Source of the DNA: Pseudomonas phage Phabio
Sequence record: MF042360.1
Length of the DNA stretch: 40,000 bases
Strand: one strand, 5' to 3'
Made by a program: the position numbers and the translations under genes. The notes under the pieces were generated by a model. It searched no databases and was not told the DNA's origin. It was given only the letters and a program-made list of their open reading frames with translations. This document shows positions 1-9,904 of the stretch, piece by piece (within the stretch, counting starts at the first letter, position 1; each line of letters opens with the position of its first letter).

Positions 1-39
1 ACCAGTATTGAACTGGAATGTAGACCACAGGGATAAGTC

Positions 40-195
40 ATGACCATCGAAGACGAAATAAAAGACGTCATCGATGAGTCCATAGCGCTACTTTGTTTTA
101 TGATTAATATCAAAGAGGTTGTTAAAGATGAGTGTCCTAATGTCATCGGTGTACTTGACTGTCCATCTGTTCGGTTTGATAACCAAGGAGTATGA
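40..195 (+). CDS. small hypothetical protein (51 aa, MTIEDEIKDVIDESIALLCF...)
   Basis: Read directly from sequence; below the length cut-off of the ORF track. Ends just before the next gene. Confidence 0.45.
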   Translation: MTIEDEIKDVIDESIALLCFMINIKEVVKDECPNVIGVLDCPSVRFDNQGV

Positions 196-376
196 CTACA
201 AGAACTACGCATCGATGAACCAGTGTGTTAATTCATTGGAAATCTACAAAGCTAAGTTCAAAGATACAGATCGCTATGACGTGACTTACGATAAGGCGAA
301 AGCATATCTGAAGATTAGTAACAAGTCTGATAAAACCATTCAAATCCATTACTGCGGAGAATCCAAAAATGTCTAA
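119..376 (+). CDS. small hypothetical protein; start uncertain (TTG at 119 or ATG at 215)
   Basis: ORF overlaps the start of the 369 gene by a few nt, as in an operon; the upstream part overlaps ORF 40-195. Confidence 0.5.
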   Translation: MLKMSVLMSSVYLTVHLFGLITKEYDYKNYASMNQCVNSLEIYKAKFKDTDRYDVTYDKAKAYLKISNKSDKTIQIHYCGESKNV

Positions 377-1001
377 ACGTAATATTGCAATTGCCCTGTT
401 CAACCCGAACTGCGTTATTAATTCTTCGTGGCCTCGTTTCACCGGGTTTAAGAATGTGGGTAATCCGGTAATTGAATCGGGTCTATTTGGATTGGTTGAT
501 AAAGGTACGCGTATGCATGCCTTTTTTAAAGACACCACTTTCCAAGATGTTGTGACCAATGAACTGCGATTTCTTACACGTGGTATTGATGTTACCGGTA
601 CGCCACTATCAACACAATTCAATCCGGATAACACCGGTACAGTACTGATGGTGAAACCACCAGAACCTGATACCAGCTTTAAATGGTTGAAGCCTTACAC
701 CTATGTACAAGAAGACGGTGTAGAGTGGGATGTGTATGTGTTGATCACTGGTAAGGACCTTTTTGTTAAGGGTACATTTAACCGTGTATTCAAAACATAC
801 GGTTATTGGGATATGGATATCTGGCGTCCATCGGACGAAGATGTTAAATCAGATATCTTCCGTATCGAACAATGTACTATTAACCATGTTGTGTCATTGG
901 GTCATCCCGCTATGACATCACTGACAATATTTAAAGATAGTCCGGATTATGACAAATATCGTGAAGTAGATGTAACACGCGATATCCCTGACTACGCCTA
1001 A
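369..1001 (+). CDS. hypothetical protein (210 aa)
   Basis: Long ORF followed by a hairpin terminator. Confidence 0.85.
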   Translation: MSKRNIAIALFNPNCVINSSWPRFTGFKNVGNPVIESGLFGLVDKGTRMHAFFKDTTFQDVVTNELRFLTRGIDVTGTPLSTQFNPDNTGTVLMVKPPEPDTSFKWLKPYTYVQEDGVEWDVYVLITGKDLFVKGTFNRVFKTYGYWDMDIWRPSDEDVKSDIFRIEQCTINHVVSLGHPAMTSLTIFKDSPDYDKYREVDVTRDIPDYA

Positions 1002-1005
1002 CGGC

Positions 1006-1036
1006 ATAAAGCCCCTACCTTCGGGTAGGGGTTTAT
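1006..1036. terminator. bidirectional terminator between convergent genes
   Basis: CCCCTACC-TTCG-GGTAGGGG (1012-1031) flanked by ATAAA/TTTAT, then a T-run at 1041-1051. Confidence 0.9.
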
Positions 1037-1075
1037 ACCTTTTATTTTTTTATACGAGTTCTTTAACCATTTTCA

Positions 1076-1894
1076 TTATTGCGATCCTGTTACAGTACGG
1101 AGATGGCGACGACGACCTTCAGGGTCATTGAAGTTACGAAGAATCTTTTGCATAGGGATCAATAGTTCATCGTAGACATCGTTTGCACTTGACCAATCTC
1201 GAACAACATCCGAGAACACACCCAGTTGTTGACCACCACTCAATTGAGCTTCACCCATCGAGATGTTAAGTTCGTTGTAGCAATGAGACTTTACTGCCTG
1301 TTCTACAAGACGAGCGAACTGTGGAAAAGATTGTGGTCTAAGGTTCAACAGTTCATTATCATTACCCAAACGACACGACAGGTAAGCTGTAGCCGACGGG
1401 TTAAAAATAAAGCGAACCATTACGGTGTTGTGGTTAATCAAGTTCAAATAACTGGTCTGCGCTACAGGAACACCTTTAGCCGCATCGAATACCTTACGGA
1501 TATTAGAAGACATAGCTGACTCGTTATACTGCATCGCGTAACCAGCGTTCTGATAACCCAGAACACCATAGTGGATATCGAACAATTGAACGATAGCTCG
1601 GTTTTGGGTATGGGAATCAGGGATGTAATAAATAGTGGTATATGGATCTACGTATTCTGCCCGCACCGGATAGTCCAATGGGATGAATACAGTCGAACCA
1701 CCAATGATCTCAAGGTCAGGCATAATGCGCCCTTCGATGATCTCTTCTCGGATACGATGTTCCATGGAGATGTTAGCCCCACAACTATCGATACCCGATT
1801 CTTGCATTGGCTTGTTAACAAATACCTCACGAAGGATCTCTTTGGGGATTCTCCCGCGTTGGATAAAGTTAATAGCATATTGGATAGCGTTCAT
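1076..1894 (-). CDS. hypothetical protein (272 aa from MNAIQYAINF...)
   Basis: Long minus-strand ORF. The track start (2026, TTG) lies inside the promoter region; ATG at 1894 is preceded on the minus strand by AGAGGA at good spacing. Confidence 0.8.
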   Translation of the reverse strand: MNAIQYAINFIQRGRIPKEILREVFVNKPMQESGIDSCGANISMEHRIREEIIEGRIMPDLEIIGGSTVFIPLDYPVRAEYVDPYTTIYYIPDSHTQNRAIVQLFDIHYGVLGYQNAGYAMQYNESAMSSNIRKVFDAAKGVPVAQTSYLNLINHNTVMVRFIFNPSATAYLSCRLGNDNELLNLRPQSFPQFARLVEQAVKSHCYNELNISMGEAQLSGGQQLGVFSDVVRDWSSANDVYDELLIPMQKILRNFNDPEGRRRHLRTVTGSQ

Positions 1895-1989
1895 TCTAAA
1901 ACGTCCTCTGAGCGCGTTACAGGAGGTCTCACGGTGACTTAATACTGGGGTACCGTATTCTATACTAATAGAAGAGAGACAGGTCAATA

Positions 1990-2020
1990 GATTTTTTTCG
2001 AGATCTATATCATCAGTCTG
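1990..2020 (+). promoter_or_regulatory. early-promoter-like motif (variant TATATCAT)
   Basis: GATTTTTTTCGAGATCTATATCATCAGTCTG; matches the other copies (GATCTATATTACTAGTCTG) and lies 24 nt upstream of ATG 2044. Confidence 0.65.
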
Positions 2021-2043
2021 TATCAATTAACGGGGAATCTGTA

Positions 2044-2490
2044 ATGGATTTGAAACCAGAAGAAACTGCTGCCCACATGATAGATCGCTTTGATCTACAG
2101 GTATGGGACATAACACATGCATTGGAGAAATTGGACTCGCTGCCATTGCGTTCCTTTGCGATGCAAAGGTATATTGAGATGAAAGGTCTCAATCCAGACC
2201 ACGCTCGTATATATACTGAAGTAGATGGGATGGGGCAAGAACTCCGTGTAGTTCGTGAGCAGGTGTTAGATGACTTTATTGTGTTCACTATCAACACCTT
2301 CGAGTTCTGTTTTATTACACGACCTGAACTTACGCGACTGACTGAAAAGGAAAGACGGTTCTTCTTGGACTGCCATGATGCCAGATCTCTCATCTATCGT
2401 ACAATCAAACTAAATCCCGAATTAGCTGGACGTTTCATTCGTTACCAACGGATAGGCAAAAGCATTTATCTGATTACACCAAAGCCTTAA
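2044..2490 (+). CDS. hypothetical protein (148 aa)
   Basis: ORF with upstream promoter-like motif and GGGGAA RBS-like sequence. Confidence 0.85.
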   Translation: MDLKPEETAAHMIDRFDLQVWDITHALEKLDSLPLRSFAMQRYIEMKGLNPDHARIYTEVDGMGQELRVVREQVLDDFIVFTINTFEFCFITRPELTRLTEKERRFFLDCHDARSLIYRTIKLNPELAGRFIRYQRIGKSIYLITPKP

Positions 2491-2501
2491 TAGGAGACAC
2501 C

Positions 2502-3629
2502 ATGTCCGCCAAGAGTAGACGTTTTGCGGTACTAGAAGTAAATGGTATTGCACAGAACTTGATTAACCTGATTCAATTCACAGTAGATAATAACCCACCG
2601 TGTGGTTTGCGCAAACTGAATAAGTTGTCGGCTATGGAAGTCATTTACAAAATGGCGATCTCGGCGGTTAACTGGCGCTTGGCGCATAACCCATACGGCG
2701 ATTATGAAGAAGGGATCATTGAAACACTTTTCGGACCACGACCAAAAGGACCATCCGCAGAAGACAAAGCGTTGTATCGTCAGATCTCGCTGAATCCTTT
2801 GTGGTGTGGTATCACTGGTGACATCGAACGTCAAGTATCAGAACACATTGAAGTTGATACATATAAGGATTGGAAAGTAATTCGGGTTGGTTCTCTGATT
2901 GGTTTGGCAGAAGGTCAAGACTATCGTATCACTGAGTACTATCGTCTCCACCCAGATCAAACTGAAAACGATACAGCGGTAATTACATTGGATGCTTCTA
3001 ACCCAGTGAACTATCTACTCGGGCAATTCACAAAAGAGTTTGGTCCGCGCCTACAGCAATTGGCTAGCACTGACTTCTATATCGGTGACCATATTGCTTT
3101 GAACAATGACATGATCTTCCATCAAGATCTAAATACCCAAATGAAGCTTCAAAATATTCGCTCACATAACCGCTCTATGATTGTTAATAACCCAGCGGAT
3201 GCAAAGCGTGCTTTGATGGAAGTCTACAACAATACTTCCGGTTACATTGCAGCAATGTTCATCGATGCTTTGATCAGCATGTATCCAATGGTTGAACTAG
3301 CTTACAACGCACCTCGCTTCAATACATGTGCTTTGAGTAAACTAGGTGTGTGGAACATGGATCGATTCCGTACAGATTACTTGCAACGTGTGATCAGTGC
3401 ATTCGGTCTGTCTTACTTCACTACGTATCTCAAGAAAGATAAGAAATATGTATTGGAATACAGTAGCAATAACATCCTTGCTATTTACGAGAAGGCCGTT
3501 GAGAAACCGTCGGAACATAATGAAGTAGAGTTGGTACAGAGCTTCATTAATGGTGATCGACTGAGTCCAGAAGATACTCGACGTGCCCAAGAACTTTATG
3601 AAGAGTACTCTCGTCGTGGGGTGATCTAA
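2502..3629 (+). CDS. hypothetical protein (375 aa)
   Basis: Long ORF, TAGGAG RBS. Confidence 0.9.
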   Translation: MSAKSRRFAVLEVNGIAQNLINLIQFTVDNNPPCGLRKLNKLSAMEVIYKMAISAVNWRLAHNPYGDYEEGIIETLFGPRPKGPSAEDKALYRQISLNPLWCGITGDIERQVSEHIEVDTYKDWKVIRVGSLIGLAEGQDYRITEYYRLHPDQTENDTAVITLDASNPVNYLLGQFTKEFGPRLQQLASTDFYIGDHIALNNDMIFHQDLNTQMKLQNIRSHNRSMIVNNPADAKRALMEVYNNTSGYIAAMFIDALISMYPMVELAYNAPRFNTCALSKLGVWNMDRFRTDYLQRVISAFGLSYFTTYLKKDKKYVLEYSSNNILAIYEKAVEKPSEHNEVELVQSFINGDRLSPEDTRRAQELYEEYSRRGVI

Positions 3630-4144
3630 TGAAATGTATTATGGTACGATTGGATGCATATGCATTTCTTGATGTGAGTCATGATTGGTATGCGATGGCC
3701 ACAGCAATCTTTACACGTACTGCGATCATTGACATGCTTGGTAAGATGCTGTGTCAAAAACTAAGTCCTGATGAAAAGCCGGAAGAAGCGTTTGCAGAGT
3801 ACATCTTTCAGCAGGTTGGGTACGAGGTAGATCGCAGAAACGAAGGTAAAGATGAGTTCAATATCGATGAGTACTGGACAACCGATGAAGTAGAACATGT
3901 CGTTGACTATCTTATCAGTTGTTATAAACTTAACCGACCTTACGTACCGGACGGAGGATATCTGAAATTCATGGCTTGTGTATGGCATGAAGATAATCAG
4001 TTATCTGGAGCTTCGATTTGTTTGGTCGCAGAGCATGTAGATGATGACAGCGAGCCTTGTAAGATTGAGTCCGACGATACTGTTCGGGAACCTGACGACG
4101 GAAGTGGAAGTAATCGCCGATATCTGTCAGCTGTCTTTAAGTGA
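3629..4144 (+). CDS. hypothetical protein (171 aa)
   Basis: TAATG overlap with the previous gene. Confidence 0.8.
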   Translation: MKCIMVRLDAYAFLDVSHDWYAMATAIFTRTAIIDMLGKMLCQKLSPDEKPEEAFAEYIFQQVGYEVDRRNEGKDEFNIDEYWTTDEVEHVVDYLISCYKLNRPYVPDGGYLKFMACVWHEDNQLSGASICLVAEHVDDDSEPCKIESDDTVREPDDGSGSNRRYLSAVFK

Positions 4145-4397
4145 CCTGACTGACTTTGCTATCGCCTATGTTGAATATGAAGACGTAGGCGGTAACTTCA
4201 TGAATGATGACGACCTTGTTCAAGACTACTTCGGTGGTAAGAACGTAGGTTATAGAGTGATCGAGATTATACGTGCACAGCGTTGTGAGATCATGGCTTA
4301 CATGCCTGACAACGTTGTCGAAATGAAATATGCATGTACCCGTGGGGATGGAGTTTTTGTTTATGCAAGAACAGCAAACGATGTTAATGTTGGATAA
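4041..4397 (+). CDS. hypothetical protein; true start probably downstream near 4144
   Basis: ORF in operon order; the N-terminal overlap of ~100 nt is probably not translated. Confidence 0.55.
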   Translation: MMTASLVRLSPTILFGNLTTEVEVIADICQLSLSDLTDFAIAYVEYEDVGGNFMNDDDLVQDYFGGKNVGYRVIEIIRAQRCEIMAYMPDNVVEMKYACTRGDGVFVYARTANDVNVG

Positions 4398-4824
4398 AGC
4401 AACGTATTGCCCGAACTACGATGAACTCGAAAAACTCTACCAACAGATCTTCAAGACCCCTAAGTATAGCGGTTATGGAATCGGTGGTGTTTATGACGAT
4501 ATCGTGACCTGGGCAATCAATGTTTGTGAGGAAATGCAAATATGTCCAGATCGCGTATCACAAGTAGAAATCCCTAATCTGATAAGTGCGGGAAAAAGAG
4601 CGGATCGGTATCAGGAACTATTCCTCGAAGCCGCTATCCGTTTATGTAAAGTAATTCCCGCTGGTACCCACACGATCTATCCGATCCTCTGTAAGGGTAC
4701 CAATATCTCTTTATGCGTTTTTTACTATGGTGAGTGTTGGCATCGTCATGAATATCTTAATTGTATTAGACTCGAACAATTTCGTAAAGCACTTAATAGA
4801 AGGAGAAAACCCAAAGCTAGTTAG
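4330..4824 (+). CDS. hypothetical protein; start uncertain, likely one of the internal ATGs near 4365-4395
   Basis: Long ORF on the operon strand. Confidence 0.65.
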   Translation: MHVPVGMEFLFMQEQQTMLMLDKATYCPNYDELEKLYQQIFKTPKYSGYGIGGVYDDIVTWAINVCEEMQICPDRVSQVEIPNLISAGKRADRYQELFLEAAIRLCKVIPAGTHTIYPILCKGTNISLCVFYYGECWHRHEYLNCIRLEQFRKALNRRRKPKAS

Positions 4825-5158
4825 TCTTGTCTTGGCTCACTACGCTGACTGTATCACTAAGTTCTCCAAGATGCGACGTAATACAAATTGGATGGCTTAT
4901 ATAGAAGCTTATAAATCCGAACAGCTCTTAGAGTTGATTATGGACGAAGGGCTTGGGTTACCGTGTGTTGATGAGGAAGGAAACATCATTAACCTACAGC
5001 AACGCTTCTGGGAACTTCTGGATGTATGTATCCATACTTTCTCTATGGATCTGTTATCACAACTGGCAGAACTCCGTAGAACCGGGAAGAAAATAGTTAC
5101 TGTAGATGTTGTAGGTTATGATAAGTTCACCCTCAAATTAATGGTCAAGACTAAATAG
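4727..5158 (+). CDS. hypothetical protein; start uncertain (strong AGGAG near 4800)
   Basis: Long ORF; overlap with upstream ORF suggests a later start. Confidence 0.6.
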   Translation: MVSVGIVMNILIVLDSNNFVKHLIEGENPKLVSLVLAHYADCITKFSKMRRNTNWMAYIEAYKSEQLLELIMDEGLGLPCVDEEGNIINLQQRFWELLDVCIHTFSMDLLSQLAELRRTGKKIVTVDVVGYDKFTLKLMVKTK

Positions 5159-5170
5159 GTAAAATCAAAA

Positions 5171-6034
5171 ATGAGTGATTCCCGTAAAGTTGGTATCATG
5201 GTCGATAGTAAAAATATCGAATCTAATATAACCCACATGTCGGATGCAATTCGGAACGCTAACTTTAAAGTACTTGAAGCCCAAGGCGTCAAAGAAAATG
5301 ATGATGGTGAATATCTGGATGCAGAAGGCGAAAACCTACTGATGGAAGAAGGGGTTGTAAAAGCCCTACTGCAAGATGCAATCGATAGTTATCTTGTGGC
5401 TTCCTTACCGGGTCGTGATAAAGGTGATCCGAATGAATTCAGTTATTACCTTTGGGATAGTTTCCCTAACGTAGCTGAGTACATTCAAGCTGAACCACGT
5501 ATCAGTAGTTATGTAAGTTCGCTGTTCGCCAATACATGTGGGATGTTGATTAACTCTTTGGCACCAGCTTTGCAGGATATCGCTGCTCATGGTCAATCCT
5601 TGAGTGAGATCGAAACCTTCCATCAAGGTCCTTCTACTAGTTACTATCTTTTGGTAGGCGAGGAAGCTGATCAGGTTCTGGATGATGATCCAGATCACAT
5701 CTTGTTACGGATGTCTCCAGAACAACGACGTGAACAGACTAAGATCAACTTGATCAAAGAACTGGGTGTTGAGGGTTACGATAATTATATTCGTAAACAA
5801 CAACAGCTCCGTGACCAAGAGAACCTGCCTCCTGAAGTAATAGCTAGCCTCAATGATTATGACCAACAATTAAAACAGGCTATTGGACAAGGCCAACCAT
5901 TCCATCCGCATATCTCACATCCACCCTATTTAAATGTAGATACCAGTGTTGTAGATAATGTCATTAAACCTAGCCCACTAACCATCACCAAAAAAGACGT
6001 AGGGATTACACATGAGCCTGCTACCTTCTTCTAA
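5171..6034 (+). CDS. hypothetical acidic protein (287 aa)
   Basis: Long ORF in operon. Confidence 0.85.
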   Translation: MSDSRKVGIMVDSKNIESNITHMSDAIRNANFKVLEAQGVKENDDGEYLDAEGENLLMEEGVVKALLQDAIDSYLVASLPGRDKGDPNEFSYYLWDSFPNVAEYIQAEPRISSYVSSLFANTCGMLINSLAPALQDIAAHGQSLSEIETFHQGPSTSYYLLVGEEADQVLDDDPDHILLRMSPEQRREQTKINLIKELGVEGYDNYIRKQQQLRDQENLPPEVIASLNDYDQQLKQAIGQGQPFHPHISHPPYLNVDTSVVDNVIKPSPLTITKKDVGITHEPATFF

Positions 6035-6437
6035 CGAAGCCTATAAGTTCATAGTAGCCCCCACGATCAATGGTGGGTTATTTGCGGAAGAGTTTAGGAT
6101 GCGGTTTTATAATGACAGACAATGTCAAGATGAACCAGATCCTGAATTGAGTTTGATTCTTAGCAGGCATGAACAAAAAGACATGGGTGTTGCTAAACAA
6201 CGTGTCTTGCATTATTTTCAAAGAACCGTGATGAGTGCTTACGGGGAACATGTTCTAGAGACAGCTGGGCCTAGTGATGAGTTGTTACACGATGATGATC
6301 CAGATGTTGTAAGCATGTACAAGATCTATAAAGAGTTTCGAGTAAACAACCCGAAGCTTGAGGTCTTAACGATGTTGCCGATTGATATGAATGGAACCTT
6401 TGGGTTTGTAATTTATCCCAACGATATGTATTCTTAA
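6012..6437 (+). CDS. hypothetical protein (141 aa)
   Basis: ORF overlapping the previous stop slightly. Confidence 0.8.
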   Translation: MSLLPSSNEAYKFIVAPTINGGLFAEEFRMRFYNDRQCQDEPDPELSLILSRHEQKDMGVAKQRVLHYFQRTVMSAYGEHVLETAGPSDELLHDDDPDVVSMYKIYKEFRVNNPKLEVLTMLPIDMNGTFGFVIYPNDMYS

Positions 6438-6452
6438 CATATCGGTAATACC

Positions 6453-6860
6453 ATGGCCAACATTCAAGATGTTTCGATCGGTGCTAAAATCTCGTTCGAG
6501 CTTTATCCCGCTGCACAATTTGGCAATAACTTTCAGAACGTAACCTTGACCGCAATATTCAACTCGACTATTGCTAATGCCCTCGGTCTTGATGTTATTG
6601 CCAACAACCAACAAGTCTATCAGTCTCTTCCTGCTGGTACACCTAATGACCCAACCCAATACGATTACTTCCAAGTAAAATTCAGTAGTGGTGAAACGGT
6701 TATCCTTGGTGCCCCATGGGTACGTGCTGGTACACTGATTGTCCATAACGGTAAGCGTCTGACTCTGGTATTTGAGGACATTGATGAAACCCGTAAGGAT
6801 CGTATCGTTGCTGCATGCCTTGCGCAAAACGAACGACCTAGTTCCACTACATTTGTTTAA
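6453..6860 (+). CDS. hypothetical protein (135 aa)
   Basis: ORF followed by a terminator hairpin. Confidence 0.85.
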   Translation: MANIQDVSIGAKISFELYPAAQFGNNFQNVTLTAIFNSTIANALGLDVIANNQQVYQSLPAGTPNDPTQYDYFQVKFSSGETVILGAPWVRAGTLIVHNGKRLTLVFEDIDETRKDRIVAACLAQNERPSSTTFV

Positions 6861-6867
6861 TCATACT

Positions 6868-6885
6868 GCCTTCCTACGGGAAGGC
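6868..6885 (+). terminator. hairpin terminator
   Basis: GCCTTCC-TACG-GGAAGGC followed by TTTATG. Confidence 0.75.
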
Positions 6886-6949
6886 TTTATGCTGTCTTTA
6901 TCTACTGGGGAGTATCCTTTATGTGATCAATGCATACGAGGAGAATTCC

Positions 6950-9100
6950 ATGCAACAGTTTGAATCCCATAACCCGTTTATCCGTTCCGTGGATACATAT
7001 AGCCGTAACCTTGAGATCGTTGAACCGGCTATTCGGGACAGTGCTCTTTATCTCTCCTCTATGACCGGGGACTCGCTGGAACAGTGTTTGGCTTTTGTTA
7101 AAGAGTCATTTGCTAAAGAAGGTGCACATCCTCTAGACGATCCTAAGTCTTTGATCCTAGATAAGAACATGAATGGCGATCGTACTAAAAAGGTTGTTAC
7201 ATTTAATCAGTTCCTGGGACGCGTTAAGAAGCAAAACCTTCTGCTTTCGCCATCGATGACAGTATACCTTCCAGAAGAAGTGCGTCAGTCTACACACGCA
7301 GCTTATATTGAAGAAGGCGTTATCAACCGTAAGAAAACAAAAGGTGAACAAATGCGACTGGAGGGCGAAAACACCCCAGAAGCATTCGAACAAGCACAAG
7401 TCAAAAAGGGTGAACAAGAGAACTACAAAGGTAACAATAACTCATATTCGGGTGCAACTGTATCCGCTGCGACTATTCTTTGCTTGAAGTCTACTCACTC
7501 ATCGCTGACCTCTACTTGTCGTACCGCGACTACCTATGCTAACGCAAATAATGAGAAGTTCATTATGGGTAATCGTCATTACTACAATCCAGAGATTACC
7601 AAATCCAATATGCTGTCTATTGCTAATGCAACTGACTTAGGTTTGTTGGAACGCTGCATGACTCAGTTCAATATGTATTATCCTTCCCCGGATGATATTA
7701 TTGAAATGATGCTGTACTCCACTAAGCACTACTGGCAGAACCCTTCGTACACCGAACAGATCCGTAAAATGGTTTCAGGTATGACTCCTATTCAACGTGC
7801 GGCGATTATGTACGTTGGCGACCTGTTCCATGTTTACAAACACAACAACCAACTCGTACGTGACTTCCTTACCGAACTGTCCCAGGTTGGTCGTCCTGAT
7901 CAGGTTATCCCTGAATCGGAATTCAAACAGTTTGATGGCGATATGTGTCTGCTGTCTAAGTTCATTTGCTATGACATTGTTAAAGGTCGTAACGATGAAA
8001 AGCTTAGAGAACAAAACCCAGAAGTGTTTGATGTTATCCACGCAACTGGTCGTAACATTTCTGAAGTACTGAATAAGTATCGCCTGTTGGTTGATGCATT
8101 GTTCATGACTATCAACGTACCAAGTTCGGTACATGCTTTCCCTTCCGCTTATCGCCGTGCCGCTGTGATCTCTGACACAGACTCGACTATGTTTACTTTG
8201 CAGTACTGGGTTGAGGAATTCTTTGGTCGTGTAACCTTTACTCCAGAAGCTAAGCGGTTGGTGTTTAGTTTGGTGTTCTTGGTTTCTGAATGCGTTGCTC
8301 ACATCTTGGCATTGCAATCCGCTAACATGGGTGTGACTAAGAAGAAGCTACGTCTGCTGGCTATGAAGAACGAATACTACTTTGCCGTATTGAGTCTGAC
8401 TACACGTTCGAAACACTACTACGCTTCTCAGGATGCTGTAGAAGGCGTGATGTTCCAGAAAGCTCGTATGGAAGTTAAAGGTGTTGGTCTACGAGACAGT
8501 AAGGTTCCTCCACGGATCAACCGTGCTGCTAAGAAACTGATGGATGAGATTATCACTTCTGTTAAAGAAGAGAAACCTCTGATCATGCGTAGTATCTTGA
8601 CACGTATTGCTAACCTGGAACGCGACATTTATACGTCGATCTATTCTGGTAAAGCAGAGTTCTTGACTACTGGTAAATGCAAACGCATCGACGCTTACAA
8701 ATCGGAAGACAATGCGACTTATGCCAAGCACTTGTTCTGGGAAGAAGTAATGGCTCCTTCGTTTGGTCGTATTGAAGCACCACCTTACAGTTTTGTTAAA
8801 ATTTCGGTAACCGTTGATAACCGTACTCGTTTTAATGAGTGGGTAGACGGTATCGAAGATAAGGCTTTGGGCATGCGTCTTAAGAAATGGGCACTCGATA
8901 ACAACAAGACCGGTATTACTAACTTCCACGTTCCAATGACTGTTGTTGAGAACATGGGTATTCCTGAAGTTATCACACGTGTTGCTGACGTACGTGCTGT
9001 GATCTCTAACACCATGGGTGCATTCTATCTGATGCTGGAATCGTTAAACGTATTCCTTTCGGATAAAGATAACTCCCGTCTGATCTCGGATTTCTACTAA
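6950..9100 (+). CDS. family B DNA polymerase, palm/thumb (C-terminal) part; divergent phiKZ-like type
   Basis: VISDTDSTMF (motif C, cf. YGDTDS); YKGNNNSYSGA resembling motif B KxxxNSxYG; thumb-like MEVKGVGLRDSKVPPRINRAAKKLMDEII. ATG 6950 preceded by GAGGAG, so the track start (GTG 6923) is probably wrong. Confidence 0.82.
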   Translation: MQQFESHNPFIRSVDTYSRNLEIVEPAIRDSALYLSSMTGDSLEQCLAFVKESFAKEGAHPLDDPKSLILDKNMNGDRTKKVVTFNQFLGRVKKQNLLLSPSMTVYLPEEVRQSTHAAYIEEGVINRKKTKGEQMRLEGENTPEAFEQAQVKKGEQENYKGNNNSYSGATVSAATILCLKSTHSSLTSTCRTATTYANANNEKFIMGNRHYYNPEITKSNMLSIANATDLGLLERCMTQFNMYYPSPDDIIEMMLYSTKHYWQNPSYTEQIRKMVSGMTPIQRAAIMYVGDLFHVYKHNNQLVRDFLTELSQVGRPDQVIPESEFKQFDGDMCLLSKFICYDIVKGRNDEKLREQNPEVFDVIHATGRNISEVLNKYRLLVDALFMTINVPSSVHAFPSAYRRAAVISDTDSTMFTLQYWVEEFFGRVTFTPEAKRLVFSLVFLVSECVAHILALQSANMGVTKKKLRLLAMKNEYYFAVLSLTTRSKHYYASQDAVEGVMFQKARMEVKGVGLRDSKVPPRINRAAKKLMDEIITSVKEEKPLIMRSILTRIANLERDIYTSIYSGKAEFLTTGKCKRIDAYKSEDNATYAKHLFWEEVMAPSFGRIEAPPYSFVKISVTVDNRTRFNEWVDGIEDKALGMRLKKWALDNNKTGITNFHVPMTVVENMGIPEVITRVADVRAVISNTMGAFYLMLESLNVFLSDKDNSRLISDFY

Positions 9101-9300
9101 TGACAGAACTTAAAACAGCTATTGATGAAACCATTACGGGTATACAAATTAGTCTAGGGTTGGATGAAGCATATTGGGAGCCACTTGAAGCGTCCATTCG
9201 TGTACTAAACCTTGTCCGTGATCTAGGTCCTAATTTGGTAGGACTTAGTGAGGAAGATTTTGAATCTATGCTGTTGAAAGCTATTAAGGGTACCACATGA
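9100..9300 (+). CDS. small hypothetical protein (66 aa)
   Basis: TAATG junction with the polymerase gene. Confidence 0.7.
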   Translation: MTELKTAIDETITGIQISLGLDEAYWEPLEASIRVLNLVRDLGPNLVGLSEEDFESMLLKAIKGTT

Positions 9301-9503
9301 CACCAATCATTGATCCAGAAAAACAACTAGAAGAGTCGATCGATGTACTGATCGACCGTCTAGACGATTGTAAATTCAATCCAAATACAGGTGTAATTGA
9401 GCAGACTCTGGAATTACTAGAGCTTATTAAAGACGCACCGCGCCGTTGTGAAATTGCAGGGGCTAATACAATCGCTAACTATTTTCAAGAGGCTTTCAAA
9501 TGA
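9297..9503 (+). CDS. small hypothetical protein (68 aa)
   Basis: ATGA overlap with previous gene. Confidence 0.7.
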   Translation: MTPIIDPEKQLEESIDVLIDRLDDCKFNPNTGVIEQTLELLELIKDAPRRCEIAGANTIANYFQEAFK

Positions 9504-9892
9504 ATAATCTGATAGAAACAACTGAAATGGATTTGATGCGTGTTGGTGATACATGCACTTTCACAGCTTATCAAGGCTTTAAACCTGAATACTACATTAC
9601 CGTCGAAAAACCTTACGCGGGTGTAATCACTACGGTTTATCCTGATACTTTTGTCAGCTGTAAATTCAAAAATGATGCCGGGCTTGAAGTAGAACATGGT
9701 CACCAATCCGGCGGCTTTGCTGGTGATGGTAATGTTGTAAAAGTAAGTCTTACCCCTGAAGATTATAAATACCGTGTGTTGGAAGCTAATGCCAAAGCAG
9801 TGGCTATTGTTGAAAAAGAAAATCAAGACCGTTTGGATAAATTAAAAGCCTATTGTGACAAACGTCTTGAAAAACTTATTGTAACTAACTAA
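9500..9892 (+). CDS. small beta-rich domain plus C-terminal helix protein, tandem paralog 1
   Basis: MDLMRVGDTCTFTAYQ...YAGVI; ATGA overlap. Confidence 0.8.
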   Translation: MNNLIETTEMDLMRVGDTCTFTAYQGFKPEYYITVEKPYAGVITTVYPDTFVSCKFKNDAGLEVEHGHQSGGFAGDGNVVKVSLTPEDYKYRVLEANAKAVAIVEKENQDRLDKLKAYCDKRLEKLIVTN

Positions 9893-9904
9893 GAGAAAAT
9901 ACAA

